Translations under genes and position numbers: made by a program | Origin: an uncultured Gemmatimonadota bacterium | GTDB lineage: Bacteria > Gemmatimonadota > Gemmatimonadetes > Palauibacterales > Palauibacteraceae | Assembly (NCBI GenBank): GCA_964550085.1 | Contig: CAZJXR010000005.1 | Coordinates: forward strand, 1 to 53,945 | Direction of reading: 5' to 3' | DNA: 53,945 bases | Shown here: positions 1-9,645 of the stretch, piece by piece | Layout: each line of letters starts with the position of its first letter | Position numbering within the stretch: position 1 is the stretch's first letter | Notes under the pieces: model-generated | Told to the model about the DNA's origin: nothing | Databases searched by the model: none | Seen by the model: the letters and a program-made list of their open reading frames with translations, nothing else

Positions 1-2
1 TG

Positions 3-380
3 TTTTGCGCGGCCCTGGCCGGTGCAGCGATCTGCTTTCTGTGGTTCAACGCGCCGCCGGCCCAAGTCTTCATGGGTGATACGGGGTCATTGGCCCTCGG
101 GGGGGCGATCGGGATCGTCGCCGTTCTGCTCAAGTCGGAGTTTCTGCTCCTCATCGTGGGCGGCGTCTTCGTGGCCGAGGCACTGTCCGTGCTGCTGCAA
201 ACGGGCGTGTTCAAGCTGTTCAGATGGCGGACCGGAACCGGCCGCCGCCTGTTCCGGATGGCACCGCTTCACCACCATTTCGAGCAGTCGGGGTGGCCGG
301 AGACACGGGTGGTGATTCGTTTTTACATCGTGGCGATCATGTGTGCCCTGATGGGACTCGCGACCCTGAAGATCCGATGA
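3..380 (+). CDS. mraY: Phospho-N-acetylmuramoyl-pentapeptide transferase, C-terminal part (5' truncated by window edge)
   Basis: Frame is open from base 3: [22 protein letters not shown] ... [13 protein letters not shown], which are MraY signature motifs. Followed by murD. Confidence 0.97.
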   Translation, partial: FCAALAGAAICFLWFNAPPAQVFMGDTGSLALGGAIGIVAVLLKSEFLLLIVGGVFVAEALSVLLQTGVFKLFRWRTGTGRRLFRMAPLHHHFEQSGWPETRVVIRFYIVAIMCALMGLATLKIR

Positions 381-407
381 GGATGAGAGAGAGGTCGGCA
401 GGCACCG

Positions 408-1796
408 ATGAATGAAACCCGCCCGCGCCTCAGTTCGGGAATACGCGTGGCGATTCTCGGAATCGCGCGCTCCGGCGCGGCCGCTGCGAGACTGGCCCAC
501 GCGCGCGGAGCGAAGGTGTTCGTCAGCGAAGCGGCGGCGGGTCCCGAGCAGCTGGCGGCGTCCGAGCGGCTTCAGGCCGAGGGGATCGAGGTGGAAACGG
601 GCGGCCATGACACGGAGCGCATCCTGGCCAGCGACCTGGTGGTCGTCAGTCCCGGGATCGATCCGGCCACCGAGATCCGACGCGCGCTGCGCAACGCCGG
701 AGTCCGTCCGATCGCGGAGATCGAGCTCGCCTTTCGCGAGCTGGATTCGCGCGTGATCGGGATCACGGGCACGAACGGCAAGACGACGACTTCGGCCATG
801 TGCGGCCACTTGCTGTCGTCGGCGGGGCTCTCCGCGGTCACTGCCGGGAACATCGGTCGACCGCTGTCGGAAGTGCCACTGATGGACGAGCAGCCCGATT
901 GGGTCGTGGTCGAGCTCAGCTCCTTCCAGCTGGCCGACATCGACACGTTCGCGTCCGATATCGGCCTGGTGCTCAACCTCGCACCCGACCATCTCGATCG
1001 CTACCGGAGTCTCGACAGTTATTACGAGGACAAGGGGCAGCTGTTTGCCAACGCGAGCGAGCGGAGTCAGTGGGTGATCAACGCCGATGATGCTGCTGTC
1101 ATGGCAATCGCCGAAGGCTGCCCCGGGGACCACTTTCAGTTCTCGACCACCGGCAAGGTGAAGCTCGGCGCATACCGGGATGGGAAGGGCTTCCTTCGCC
1201 TGTCCCTCCCGGGACGGAAGGCCCGCCTGCTGCGCGAACGGGAACTCCTGCTCGTCGGTCGGCACAACGCAGGCAACGCGCTGGCCGCGAGTCTGGCGGC
1301 TGCCCTCGCCGGCTGCACCGACGGCCAGATCAAGGACGGTCTTGCCAGCTTTCAACCGCTTCCGCACCGGCTCCAGCCGGTCGGCGTGCACGATGAGGTG
1401 CTGTGGGTAAATGATTCTAAGTCGACCAACGTGTCGGCCACTTCCGTTGCCATCCAGTCCTTCGATCGGCCCATCGTCCTCTTGCTCGGCGGTCGTCACA
1501 AGGGGGAGAGCTACGCGCGTCTCGGTTCGCTCCTCGGCGAGCATGTGCGCGCCGTTATCGCCTACGGCGAGGCTGCGCCGCAGATCGTAACCGAGCTCGA
1601 GCCGCACGCACCACGGCTCGAGATCGCGAGCGGAATGGACTCGATCGTTCGCAAGGCCGCCGAACTGGCCGCCGCCGGAGACGTTGTCCTGCTCTCGCCG
1701 GCCTGCTCGAGCTACGACATGTTCCCGAATTACGAGGCTCGCGGGCGAGCGTTCGAAGCTGCCGTCCGCGACCTGTACGCGGTCGCGCCCTCATGA
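408..1796 (+). CDS. murD: UDP-N-acetylmuramoyl-L-alanine:D-glutamate ligase
   Basis: GIARSG Rossmann start, GTNGKTTT P-loop, ELSSFQL, DHLDRY, NDSKSTN, LSPACSSYDMF. dcw position. Confidence 0.97.
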   Translation: MNETRPRLSSGIRVAILGIARSGAAAARLAHARGAKVFVSEAAAGPEQLAASERLQAEGIEVETGGHDTERILASDLVVVSPGIDPATEIRRALRNAGVRPIAEIELAFRELDSRVIGITGTNGKTTTSAMCGHLLSSAGLSAVTAGNIGRPLSEVPLMDEQPDWVVVELSSFQLADIDTFASDIGLVLNLAPDHLDRYRSLDSYYEDKGQLFANASERSQWVINADDAAVMAIAEGCPGDHFQFSTTGKVKLGAYRDGKGFLRLSLPGRKARLLRERELLLVGRHNAGNALAASLAAALAGCTDGQIKDGLASFQPLPHRLQPVGVHDEVLWVNDSKSTNVSATSVAIQSFDRPIVLLLGGRHKGESYARLGSLLGEHVRAVIAYGEAAPQIVTELEPHAPRLEIASGMDSIVRKAAELAAAGDVVLLSPACSSYDMFPNYEARGRAFEAAVRDLYAVAPS

Positions 1797-2944
1797 GCGC
1801 TTCCCTCCGAACCCTGCGAACCGTCGGCCTGGTGCGGTCGCGATCCGGAGCCGCCTGGGAGGGGAGGACACTGCTCATCCTCACCCTCGTGTTGGTGATG
1901 TTCGGGCTCCTCTCCGTGTACAGCGCCAGCTCGTTCATGGCGCAGGCGGAGGGTCACCCCGACAGCTACTATCTCGTAAACCAGGCGACACGCGTCGCGA
2001 TCGGCCTCGTCGCGCTGTGGCTGACGAGCCTGATCGACTACCGGGTCTATCGCCGTCTGGCGTGGCCATTGCTCGTCACCGCTGCGCTCCTGCTGCTCAT
2101 CCTCCTGCTCCCTGTAGGCGACGCGCTCGCCCCGCCGGTGAACGGAGCCCGGCGCTGGCTCGATGTCGGCGTCACCTTCCAGCCGTCGGAAGTGGCTAAG
2201 CTGGCGGTGATCGTGTGGACCGCGGCTCTCGCTGTGCGCAAGCAGGACCGGTTGCGCAGCCTGCGCAAGGGCCTGCTTCCTTTCCTGGTCATCGTGGGGC
2301 CGATCTGCCTGCTGATCCTCGCCGAGCCCCACTTTTCGGCGGCCCTGCTCACGGCGACGGTCGCGGCCACCCTCATCTTCTGCGCCGGCGGTCGGGTCGG
2401 CCACTTCGCCTTCCTCGGCTTGCTTTCTCTTCCGGTCCTGTGGGATCAGGTCATGAACACCGGATATCGGACCAACCGTGTCATGGCGTTCCTCAACCCG
2501 AGCACCACCGCGTCTGATATCGGATACCAGCTCAACCAGTCGTTGATCGCGGTCGGGTCGGGCGGCTTATTCGGAGTCGGCTACGGGAAGAGCACCCAGA
2601 AGCTCTTCTATCTGCCCGAACCCCACAACGACTTCATCTTCTCGATCATCGCCGAGGAATGGGGCCTGGTGGGCGCGGGGATCCTGATCCTGCTTTTCGC
2701 CGGCTGGGTCCTGATCGGACTTCGCATCGCCGACGCCGCTCCCGACCTGTTCGGCCGGCTCGTCGCTATCGGAATCACCATGCTGATCGGAGTGGGTGCC
2801 TTCGCCCATGTCGGGGTGGCGATCGGCCTGCTGCCCACCACCGGCGTGAACCTCCCGTTCGTTTCCGCTGGCGGGACCAACCTGGTTCTCGCACTGGGGG
2901 CAACCGGGATCCTCCTCAACATCGCCAGGCGACGGAGATGTTGA
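1793..2944 (+). CDS. ftsW: SEDS peptidoglycan polymerase FtsW
   Basis: Multi-TM protein with GARRW, FQPSEVAK, YLPEPHNDFIF, PTTGVNLPFVSAGG. ATGA overlap with murD. Confidence 0.95.
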   Translation: MSASLRTLRTVGLVRSRSGAAWEGRTLLILTLVLVMFGLLSVYSASSFMAQAEGHPDSYYLVNQATRVAIGLVALWLTSLIDYRVYRRLAWPLLVTAALLLLILLLPVGDALAPPVNGARRWLDVGVTFQPSEVAKLAVIVWTAALAVRKQDRLRSLRKGLLPFLVIVGPICLLILAEPHFSAALLTATVAATLIFCAGGRVGHFAFLGLLSLPVLWDQVMNTGYRTNRVMAFLNPSTTASDIGYQLNQSLIAVGSGGLFGVGYGKSTQKLFYLPEPHNDFIFSIIAEEWGLVGAGILILLFAGWVLIGLRIADAAPDLFGRLVAIGITMLIGVGAFAHVGVAIGLLPTTGVNLPFVSAGGTNLVLALGATGILLNIARRRRC

Positions 2945-2947
2945 CCA

Positions 2948-4156
2948 ATGAGCGCCCCCCGGGTCCTTCTGTGTGGAGGAGGGACAGGCGGTCACCTGTA
3001 CCCGGCCCTCAACCTGGCCGCCGCCATCCGACGGGCGGAGCCGGGGACGAGGATTCTGCTCGTCGGCGCCCGGCGAGGGGTGGAGGCGAGGGTCCTGCCA
3101 GGACGCGAGTTCGAGTACCGGCTGCTTCCGGTGCAGCCGCTGTGGCGACAGCGTCCCGGGCGCAACTGGCGCACCATCGTGTCGGCGCCGGTCGTGGCGT
3201 GGGGTCTGGCCGCGATCTTCCGCGATTTCCGGCCTCAGCTGGTGGTGGGGACGGGTGGGTACGCCGCCGCACCCGCCCTGGCCTGGGCCATGCTGCGCCG
3301 CATCCCGACCGCGCTCCAGGAGCAGAACGCTTATCCCGGTTTGGTCACGCGCTGGTTCGCGCAGCGGGTCGACCAGCTCCATGTCGGCTATCCGGAGGCG
3401 CTCCGGCACTTGCGGCCCGGGCCACACACGGAAGTGCGAACGTACGGGAACCCGGTGGCCAGCGGGCCGACGCGGCCGTCGAGTGGCGAAGTGCATCGCG
3501 CGGGCGGCTCCGCGTTCGAATGGCCCGAGGGACGTGTGGTTCTGGTCACCGGCGGCAGCCAGGGCGCCCGCGCGCTGAACGAGGCCATGCTGACGGGACT
3601 CCAGGCGGCCGCCGACGCATGGCCCGCGGACGTATCGGTGGTGTGGGTGACCGGTCCGGAGCACTTCGAGCGGATCGCGGCCGCGATCCGGACTCTCGAC
3701 CGGGCGGATCGGGTGCGAGTGGTAGAGTACATCGACGATCTCGGTTCGCACCTGCACCGGGTGACCCTGGCCATATCGCGCGCCGGGGCGATGTCGCTGT
3801 CCGAGCTCACCTCGGCCGGCGTGCCTGCCATCCTGGTCCCTTTGCCGGCCGCCGCCGCCGGGCATCAGCTTGCCAACGCGCGGGCGCTGGCGCGGGCGGG
3901 AGCAGCCGAAGTGCGCGAGGAGGGGAACGAGCTCGCCGGCGAGCTCTGGTCGCTGGCCGTGGAGCTGCTGGGCGATCGAGCCCGACTCTCCGCGATGGCG
4001 GCGGCGGCGCGCGCCCGGGGAGCTCCCGATGCGGCAGCGCGCATCGCGGCCGACCTGCTTCGCCTCGCCAGGGAAGGACGTGGCGCGGCGCGGGCAGAAC
4101 AGTGGGAGGGTGGCCGGCCCGCGAGCCGAAGCTCCGGAACGGAGGGCGCTGAGTGA
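2948..4156 (+). CDS. murG: Lipid II GlcNAc transferase MurG
   Basis: GGGTGGHLYP, GTGGY, QEQN, GGSQGA, SRAGA, HQLANA motifs. Confidence 0.97.
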   Translation: MSAPRVLLCGGGTGGHLYPALNLAAAIRRAEPGTRILLVGARRGVEARVLPGREFEYRLLPVQPLWRQRPGRNWRTIVSAPVVAWGLAAIFRDFRPQLVVGTGGYAAAPALAWAMLRRIPTALQEQNAYPGLVTRWFAQRVDQLHVGYPEALRHLRPGPHTEVRTYGNPVASGPTRPSSGEVHRAGGSAFEWPEGRVVLVTGGSQGARALNEAMLTGLQAAADAWPADVSVVWVTGPEHFERIAAAIRTLDRADRVRVVEYIDDLGSHLHRVTLAISRAGAMSLSELTSAGVPAILVPLPAAAAGHQLANARALARAGAAEVREEGNELAGELWSLAVELLGDRARLSAMAAAARARGAPDAAARIAADLLRLAREGRGAARAEQWEGGRPASRSSGTEGAE

Positions 4157-5556
4157 CGGCGAGCGGGAGCATTCCGCGGCTGGACGAGCTGCCGATGGAG
4201 GGCGCGGCGGTGCACCTGATGGGCATAAGCGGCGCCGGGATGCGCGGTCTCGCCGTCCTCCTGACCGGCGCCGGATACCGCGTGAGCGGCTGCGATCAGC
4301 GGCCGGCTCAGGTCGAAGAGCTGAGTCGGCTCGGCATCGCCGTGGTGGAGGGCCACGACGCGGGTCACCTGAGCGGGGTCGAGGCTCTGATCTACACGGC
4401 GGCGGTGCCGGAAGATCAGGCGGAGCTGCAAGCGGGCCGGCAGCGCGGAATCCCGATCCTGAAGCGGGGGCGGGTGCTCGGCGCGCTTCTGAACGAGCGA
4501 CGATTGGTTGGAATCACCGGCACACACGGAAAGACCACCATCACCGCCATGACGGGACTCGCTTGCATCGCGGCCGGGCTCGATCCGACGGTCGCCGTCG
4601 GCGGCCGGGTGCCCGAGCTGCAGGGCTTCGCGCGCTCCGGAGCGAGCGAGGTGGCGATCGTCGAGGCCGACGAATTCGATCAATCGTTCCTTCAGCTCGA
4701 TCCGTCGCTGGCCGTGATCAGCTCCGTGGAGGCGGAGCACCTGGAAAGCTACGGCACCATGTCGGCGCTCGAAGAAGCGTACCTCGAGTTCGGGCGGCGC
4801 GCGGCAAATCGGGACGGCGTGCTGGTGTGTGCCGACGACCCGGGCGCGGCTGCGGTGGGGAGACGCATCCCGGGCAGCCTCACGTACGGGCTGTCGTCGG
4901 CCGCGGACTACCAGGTATCCGTTGTGGAACGGACCGCTTCCCACACCCGGTGCCGGTTGCGGGCCCCCAGCGGGCGGGTCGACTTCGGGCTCCGCGTTAC
5001 CGGGGAGCACAATGTACAGAACGCGGCGGCGGCCCTGGCCGTCCCGCTTCGATTCGGCGTCGATCCATCCCGCCTGACCGACGCGCTGGCGAGCTTCGGT
5101 GGCGTGGAGCGCCGACTGGAACGCATCACGGTGCGCGGCGGGGTAACGCTGGTGGACGACTACGCGCACCACCCGACCGAGGTCATCGCTTCGCTTCGCA
5201 GTCTGCGCGAAAGTCGGTCCGGCGATCGACTGGTCGTCGTGTTTCAGCCGCACCTGTTCAGCCGCACGCAGGCCTTCGCCCGCCAGTTCGGCGCGGCGCT
5301 TGGAGACGCGGATGAAGCGCTGGTGCTGCCCGTGTATCCGGCGCGCGAGGCACCGATTCCCGGTGTGACGTCCGAGCTGATCGCCGATGCAGGCGGCGCC
5401 GACGTGCGCACCGGTACGGCCGACGAGGCGCTGGAGCTGGTTGCCGGGGCGGCGGAGCAGGGTCCTACAACGATCGTGTTCATGGGAGCGGGTGACGTGA
5501 CGGAGCTCGCGCGACGCGCGGCACGACGGCTAATGGAAGATGCGGTGGGAGCCTGA
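4153..5556 (+). CDS. murC: UDP-N-acetylmuramate:L-alanine ligase
   Basis: GISGAGM, GTHGKTT, EADEFD, DDYAHHPTE, FQPHLFSRT. GTG start overlaps the murG stop. Confidence 0.97.
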   Translation: MTASGSIPRLDELPMEGAAVHLMGISGAGMRGLAVLLTGAGYRVSGCDQRPAQVEELSRLGIAVVEGHDAGHLSGVEALIYTAAVPEDQAELQAGRQRGIPILKRGRVLGALLNERRLVGITGTHGKTTITAMTGLACIAAGLDPTVAVGGRVPELQGFARSGASEVAIVEADEFDQSFLQLDPSLAVISSVEAEHLESYGTMSALEEAYLEFGRRAANRDGVLVCADDPGAAAVGRRIPGSLTYGLSSAADYQVSVVERTASHTRCRLRAPSGRVDFGLRVTGEHNVQNAAAALAVPLRFGVDPSRLTDALASFGGVERRLERITVRGGVTLVDDYAHHPTEVIASLRSLRESRSGDRLVVVFQPHLFSRTQAFARQFGAALGDADEALVLPVYPAREAPIPGVTSELIADAGGADVRTGTADEALELVAGAAEQGPTTIVFMGAGDVTELARRAARRLMEDAVGA

Positions 5557-6436
5557 CGTGACGCTGGCCGAGCACACGCGTTATCAGGTCGGCGGTCCCA
5601 CGCCGCGCTTCGCGCGCATCGGCGGCCGCGAGGAGCTGCGGCGTGTGGTTCGTGAGCTCGATGGGACGGCATTCAGGGTGCTCGGATGGGGCGCGAACAT
5701 CGTGGTCGCGGACGAAGGGGTCCCCGAGCCGGTGATCGTGCTCCGAGACGACTTCACCTTCGTGCGCACGGGAGACGAAGCGCTGGAGGCAGGAGCCGGA
5801 GCGTCGATTCCCGCCTTCGTGGGGACGGCCAGGCGCTCGGCTCGCCGCGGCTGGGCGTTTCTCGAAGCGGTCCCGGGAACGATCGGTGGTGCGCTTCGAA
5901 TGAATGCGGGATCGACGGACACCGGCATCTGGGATCGGACGGAATGGGCGGAAGCGATGACGGCCGAAGGAGACGTTGTCCGCCTCACTCCCGTCGAGGC
6001 GCGGGCGGCGTACCGCGCGACGGGTGTACCGTCCGACTGGGTTTTCCTGAGCGGCGCCTTCCGGGCCCCGGCCGGTGACCTGGCCGCGATCCAGCAGGAG
6101 CACCTGACCCGGAGGCGCGCCAAAGTCGAGTCGCAGGTCTACGATCTGCCATCGTGCGGATCCACTTGGAAGAACCCGGGAGAGCCGCTCGGTTCGGCCT
6201 GGCAGATCGTCGAGCGGGTGGGAATGCGCGGCGCCCGGCGCGGCCGGGCGCAGATTGCAGAGAAGCACGCGAACTTCATCGTCAACCTGGGCGGGGCGCG
6301 CGCCGAGGACATCGTGTGGTTGATGGCCACCACGCGCCGCCGGGCCTTCGAACAACTCGGTGTGCGACTGGAGCCCGAGATCCAGCTGTGGGGCTTCGCG
6401 CCGGAGCAGCTGCAGGCGGTTGGTGCGGCTCCATGA
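5540..6436 (+). CDS. murB: UDP-N-acetylenolpyruvoylglucosamine reductase
   Basis: PGTIGGALRMNAG, PSCGSTWKNP, KHANFIVN, LEPEI. 17-bp overlap with murC. Confidence 0.95.
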   Translation: MRWEPDVTLAEHTRYQVGGPTPRFARIGGREELRRVVRELDGTAFRVLGWGANIVVADEGVPEPVIVLRDDFTFVRTGDEALEAGAGASIPAFVGTARRSARRGWAFLEAVPGTIGGALRMNAGSTDTGIWDRTEWAEAMTAEGDVVRLTPVEARAAYRATGVPSDWVFLSGAFRAPAGDLAAIQQEHLTRRRAKVESQVYDLPSCGSTWKNPGEPLGSAWQIVERVGMRGARRGRAQIAEKHANFIVNLGGARAEDIVWLMATTRRRAFEQLGVRLEPEIQLWGFAPEQLQAVGAAP

Positions 6437-7170
6437 CGCGCCGTCTGTTGCGCCGCGTGTACGTGGTCGGCAGTATCGCGGCGGTCGCTGCCGCCTCGCC
6501 GTACTGGGGGCCGGTCCTGCTGGGGGAACTGCCCGGCAGTAGGGTCGAGCGGATCGGGGTGGTGGGAACCCGATTCGTCGCTCCCGACCAGGTGATGGAG
6601 CTGGCAGCCGTACCCTCCGACGCATCGGTGTGGGACGATGTCTCCGTCTTCGAACGGCGAGTGTCGAGCCATCCTCTCATCGAGCGTGCCCGCGTGCGGC
6701 GAGCGGGTCTGCACGCGCTCGAGATCGCCGTCACCGAGGTCGAACCGATCGCCTTCGTGATCAGCCCCGATCTGGTGGCTGTCGATGCGCGAGGACGCGT
6801 TCTGCCGCTCGACCCGGCCGAGGCGCGGCTCGACCTGCCGATCCTCGGTGGTCGCACGGCGATCGCCTCGGGGCGGGTCACGGATCCCCAGACCCTCGCG
6901 GTTCTGAACGCGCTGGCGCGGCTCGGCAGCTACAGTCCGGGTTTCATCAGCCAGGTGTCCGAAGTGCGCTACCGGGCCCCCGGGGCGATCGATGTGTGGC
7001 TGATGGAAAAGACGTACGTGGCCCGCATCAAACTGCGAGTCGACGAGCCGGTGCGCGGCCTGGCGAGAATCGAGCAGGCACTTGCGGCTTACGCCGGCAA
7101 AGCCCCGGTACGAGAAGCCGACGCCCGTTTCCGGGACCAGGTGGTTCTCGCCCTGGGAGAGGGACGATGA
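6433..7170 (+). CDS. ftsQ: Cell division protein FtsQ/DivIB (TM + POTRA + beta domain)
   Basis: ATG at 6433 overlaps the murB stop (ATGA). Single N-terminal TM, POTRA-like segment, C-terminal DARFRDQVV (cf. DLRY motif). Lies between murB and ftsA. Confidence 0.88.
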   Translation: MTRRLLRRVYVVGSIAAVAAASPYWGPVLLGELPGSRVERIGVVGTRFVAPDQVMELAAVPSDASVWDDVSVFERRVSSHPLIERARVRRAGLHALEIAVTEVEPIAFVISPDLVAVDARGRVLPLDPAEARLDLPILGGRTAIASGRVTDPQTLAVLNALARLGSYSPGFISQVSEVRYRAPGAIDVWLMEKTYVARIKLRVDEPVRGLARIEQALAAYAGKAPVREADARFRDQVVLALGEGR

Positions 7171-8399
7171 TCCGGGGCGCGCGTTACGCGGTGGGACTGG
7201 ACATCGGGTCGGCGACGACCAACGCGGTGATCCTGGAACCGGTGCCGGGCTGGGAGGCGGAGGGAGGGGCGGCCCGTGTGCTCGGGGTGGGCGAGGCGCG
7301 AACCGAAGGAATCCGACGTGAGGCGATCGCCAACCTTGAGGCCACCACCGCGTCCATCCGGCATTCGGTTCGCGAAGCGGAATTGACCGCTGGCGTGGAG
7401 GTGGACGGAGTCTTAGTCGGCTTTCCGGCGGCGCACGTGGAGAGCCGATACTCGAACGGAGTCGTGGCGGTCGGTCGCGAGGAGGTAAGGGAAGACGATG
7501 TGAAGCGGGTGCACGACGTTGCCCGCGCAGTGGTGATTCCTCCGGACCGTGAAATCCTGCACGCGATTCCGCAGGACTACACGATCGATGGTCGGTCCGG
7601 GATCCAATTCCCGGTCGGGATGGCGGCCACCCGCCTCGAGACCGAGCTGTTCATCGTGACGGCGGCATCGGTGCGGTGCCGGAATCTCCGGCGGTGTGTC
7701 GATCGGGCGGGCTATCGGCTGGAGGAGCTCGTTTTGCAGCCACTCGCCACCAGCATCGCTCTGCTCGGAGAAGCGGAGCGGGACGCTGGGGTGGCGCTCG
7801 TCGAGGTGCGGGACTCGGGAACCGACGTGTCAGCCTTTCGCGATGGCAAGATTCGGCAGCTTACCGCGATACACTGGGGCGAGGCAGCAGTGACCAGCGA
7901 CGTCATGAAGGGGCTCGGAGTACCGCTCGAGGAGGCGGACCGCCTCAAGCGCCTATACGGCGCGGCGCGGACGGCGGACGTAGATCCCGGCGAACAGATC
8001 GAGATCACGGGCCCGGTGCCGGGGTCGGCGCGTCGCGTATCGCGCGAGCTGCTCGTGCACATCATCGAGCAGCGAATGGACGAAATCCTCGGCCTCGCCT
8101 ACGAACGTCTCGAAGAGGAGCGACTGCTCGACGATATCACGGCCGGCATCGTTCTGTCCGGGAGCGGTACTTCGTTGCCCGGCCTGTCAACGTTGGCGCA
8201 ACACGTGTTCGGCCGACCGGTCCGGATCGGAGCGCCGGACAGGCGTCTCACCGGGGCGGCGGATTCCGTCCGTGATCCGCGGTTCGCGACCGCGGTCGGT
8301 CTGGCGCTGTACGGCGCGATGCGGGAGAACGGACGTGGGAGTCACGCGGCGGGGCGGGTGATCGCCCGCATGACCGAGTGGTTGAAGGAGTTTTTCTAG
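7167..8399 (+). CDS. ftsA: Cell division protein FtsA
   Basis: ATG at 7167 (ATGA overlap). GLDIGS, HAIPQDYTIDG, ATAVGL, C-terminal amphipathic helix RMTEWLKEFF. Nucleotide-binding loops are atypical (see findings). Confidence 0.95.
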   Translation: MIRGARYAVGLDIGSATTNAVILEPVPGWEAEGGAARVLGVGEARTEGIRREAIANLEATTASIRHSVREAELTAGVEVDGVLVGFPAAHVESRYSNGVVAVGREEVREDDVKRVHDVARAVVIPPDREILHAIPQDYTIDGRSGIQFPVGMAATRLETELFIVTAASVRCRNLRRCVDRAGYRLEELVLQPLATSIALLGEAERDAGVALVEVRDSGTDVSAFRDGKIRQLTAIHWGEAAVTSDVMKGLGVPLEEADRLKRLYGAARTADVDPGEQIEITGPVPGSARRVSRELLVHIIEQRMDEILGLAYERLEEERLLDDITAGIVLSGSGTSLPGLSTLAQHVFGRPVRIGAPDRRLTGAADSVRDPRFATAVGLALYGAMRENGRGSHAAGRVIARMTEWLKEFF

Positions 8400-8450
8400 C
8401 AGGCGAGAGGAGGGAACGTCGTCACCGGGAGCGGGCAAGTGAAGCGGCTG

Positions 8451-8459
8451 TTATCCACA
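8451..8459 (+). promoter_or_regulatory. Perfect DnaA box TTATCCACA upstream of ftsZ
   Basis: Exact match to the canonical R-type 9-mer, in the 90-bp ftsA-ftsZ spacer, 30 nt before the ftsZ ATG. Confidence 0.6.
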
Positions 8460-8489
8460 GGGGGCGCAGGGAAACGTCGGGAGGAGCAG

Positions 8490-9629
8490 ATGATCTTCGA
8501 GTTTGATGAGGGTGTGGCGAGGAACGCGCGGATGAAGGTCGTCGGGGTTGGTGGCGCCGGAGGCAACGCGGTCAACCGGATGATCGACGAGGCGCTCGAC
8601 GGAGTCGAGTTCATCGCGATCAATACGGACGCGCAGGCCCTGAAGAAGTCCAACTCACACATAAAGATCCAGATCGGCAAGAAGCTGACGCGCGGGCTTG
8701 GAGCCGGTGCGAGACCGGAGATCGGGCGTCAGGCCATTGTCGAGAACGAGGAGGAAGTGGCGCGAGCGCTGGAAGGTGCGGATCTCGTGTTCGTGACCGC
8801 CGGCATGGGGGGCGGAACGGGAACCGGTGCCGCGCCTCGGATCGGTCAGCTCGCCCGCGAGAGCGGAGCGCTGTGCATCGGGATCGTGTCGAAACCGTTT
8901 CATTTCGAGGGCAAGAAGCGCATGCGGCACGCCGAGCTCGGCATGAGGGAGCTGAGGCAGGCAGTCGACACGATGATCGTTGTTCCCAATGAGCGCTTGC
9001 TGGCCGTGGTCGGCAAGGGCACGAGCTTCCGCGACGCCCTGAAAAAGGCGGACGAGGTGCTTCTTCACGCCACCCAGGGGATCTCGGACCTGATCAGCGT
9101 GACCGGGGAAGTGAACGTCGACTTCGCCGATGTCCGTACAATCATGTCGAACCGTGGCTCGGCCCTGATGGGGACCGGAGTAGCGGTCGGTGAGGATCGG
9201 GCGGTCGACGCCGCGCAGCAGGCGATCTGTTCGCCGCTCCTCGACAACGTGTCGATCAACGGTGCCACCGGCGTCCTGGTCAACATCACGGGTGGACTCG
9301 ACCTGGCGATCGACGAGGTGACGGCGATCAACTCGATCGTGCAGGAATCGGCCGGAGATGAAGCCGAGATGATCTTCGGTGCCGTGCACGATCCAGAGTT
9401 GGATGGCACGATCCGCGTAACCGTGATCGCCACCGGTTTCGGCGCCCACGATTCGGAAGAGGTGCCGGTGGAGGTGGAAAGCCGCTCGGACTTCGCGGGA
9501 CCGCGTCTCGTCCGGACCCCGGGGGATCCACCGCGGCCGGCGCAGGTGACTCGCACGGTCGGCGTTCCGCCGCGCAGCGGGCTCGAAGATCTCGAGATCC
9601 CAACGTTCATTCGGCGGCAGATGGACTAG
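8490..9629 (+). CDS. ftsZ: Cell division GTPase FtsZ
   Basis: GGAGGAG Shine-Dalgarno then ATG at 8490. [20 protein letters not shown] tubulin signature, NVDFADV T7 loop, C-terminal [12 protein letters not shown]. Confidence 0.99.
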   Translation: MIFEFDEGVARNARMKVVGVGGAGGNAVNRMIDEALDGVEFIAINTDAQALKKSNSHIKIQIGKKLTRGLGAGARPEIGRQAIVENEEEVARALEGADLVFVTAGMGGGTGTGAAPRIGQLARESGALCIGIVSKPFHFEGKKRMRHAELGMRELRQAVDTMIVVPNERLLAVVGKGTSFRDALKKADEVLLHATQGISDLISVTGEVNVDFADVRTIMSNRGSALMGTGVAVGEDRAVDAAQQAICSPLLDNVSINGATGVLVNITGGLDLAIDEVTAINSIVQESAGDEAEMIFGAVHDPELDGTIRVTVIATGFGAHDSEEVPVEVESRSDFAGPRLVRTPGDPPRPAQVTRTVGVPPRSGLEDLEIPTFIRRQMD

Positions 9630-9645
9630 CAGGATTGCGGCTTCG

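Noticed and set aside
6154-7166. Extended N-termini given by the ORF track for ftsQ and ftsA (likewise ftsZ, asnS, fbp, purF, purQ, htrA, lexA, rqcH)
   Set aside because: The extensions overlap upstream genes or regulatory DNA. Internal starts with an SD or stop-start overlap fit the family lengths.
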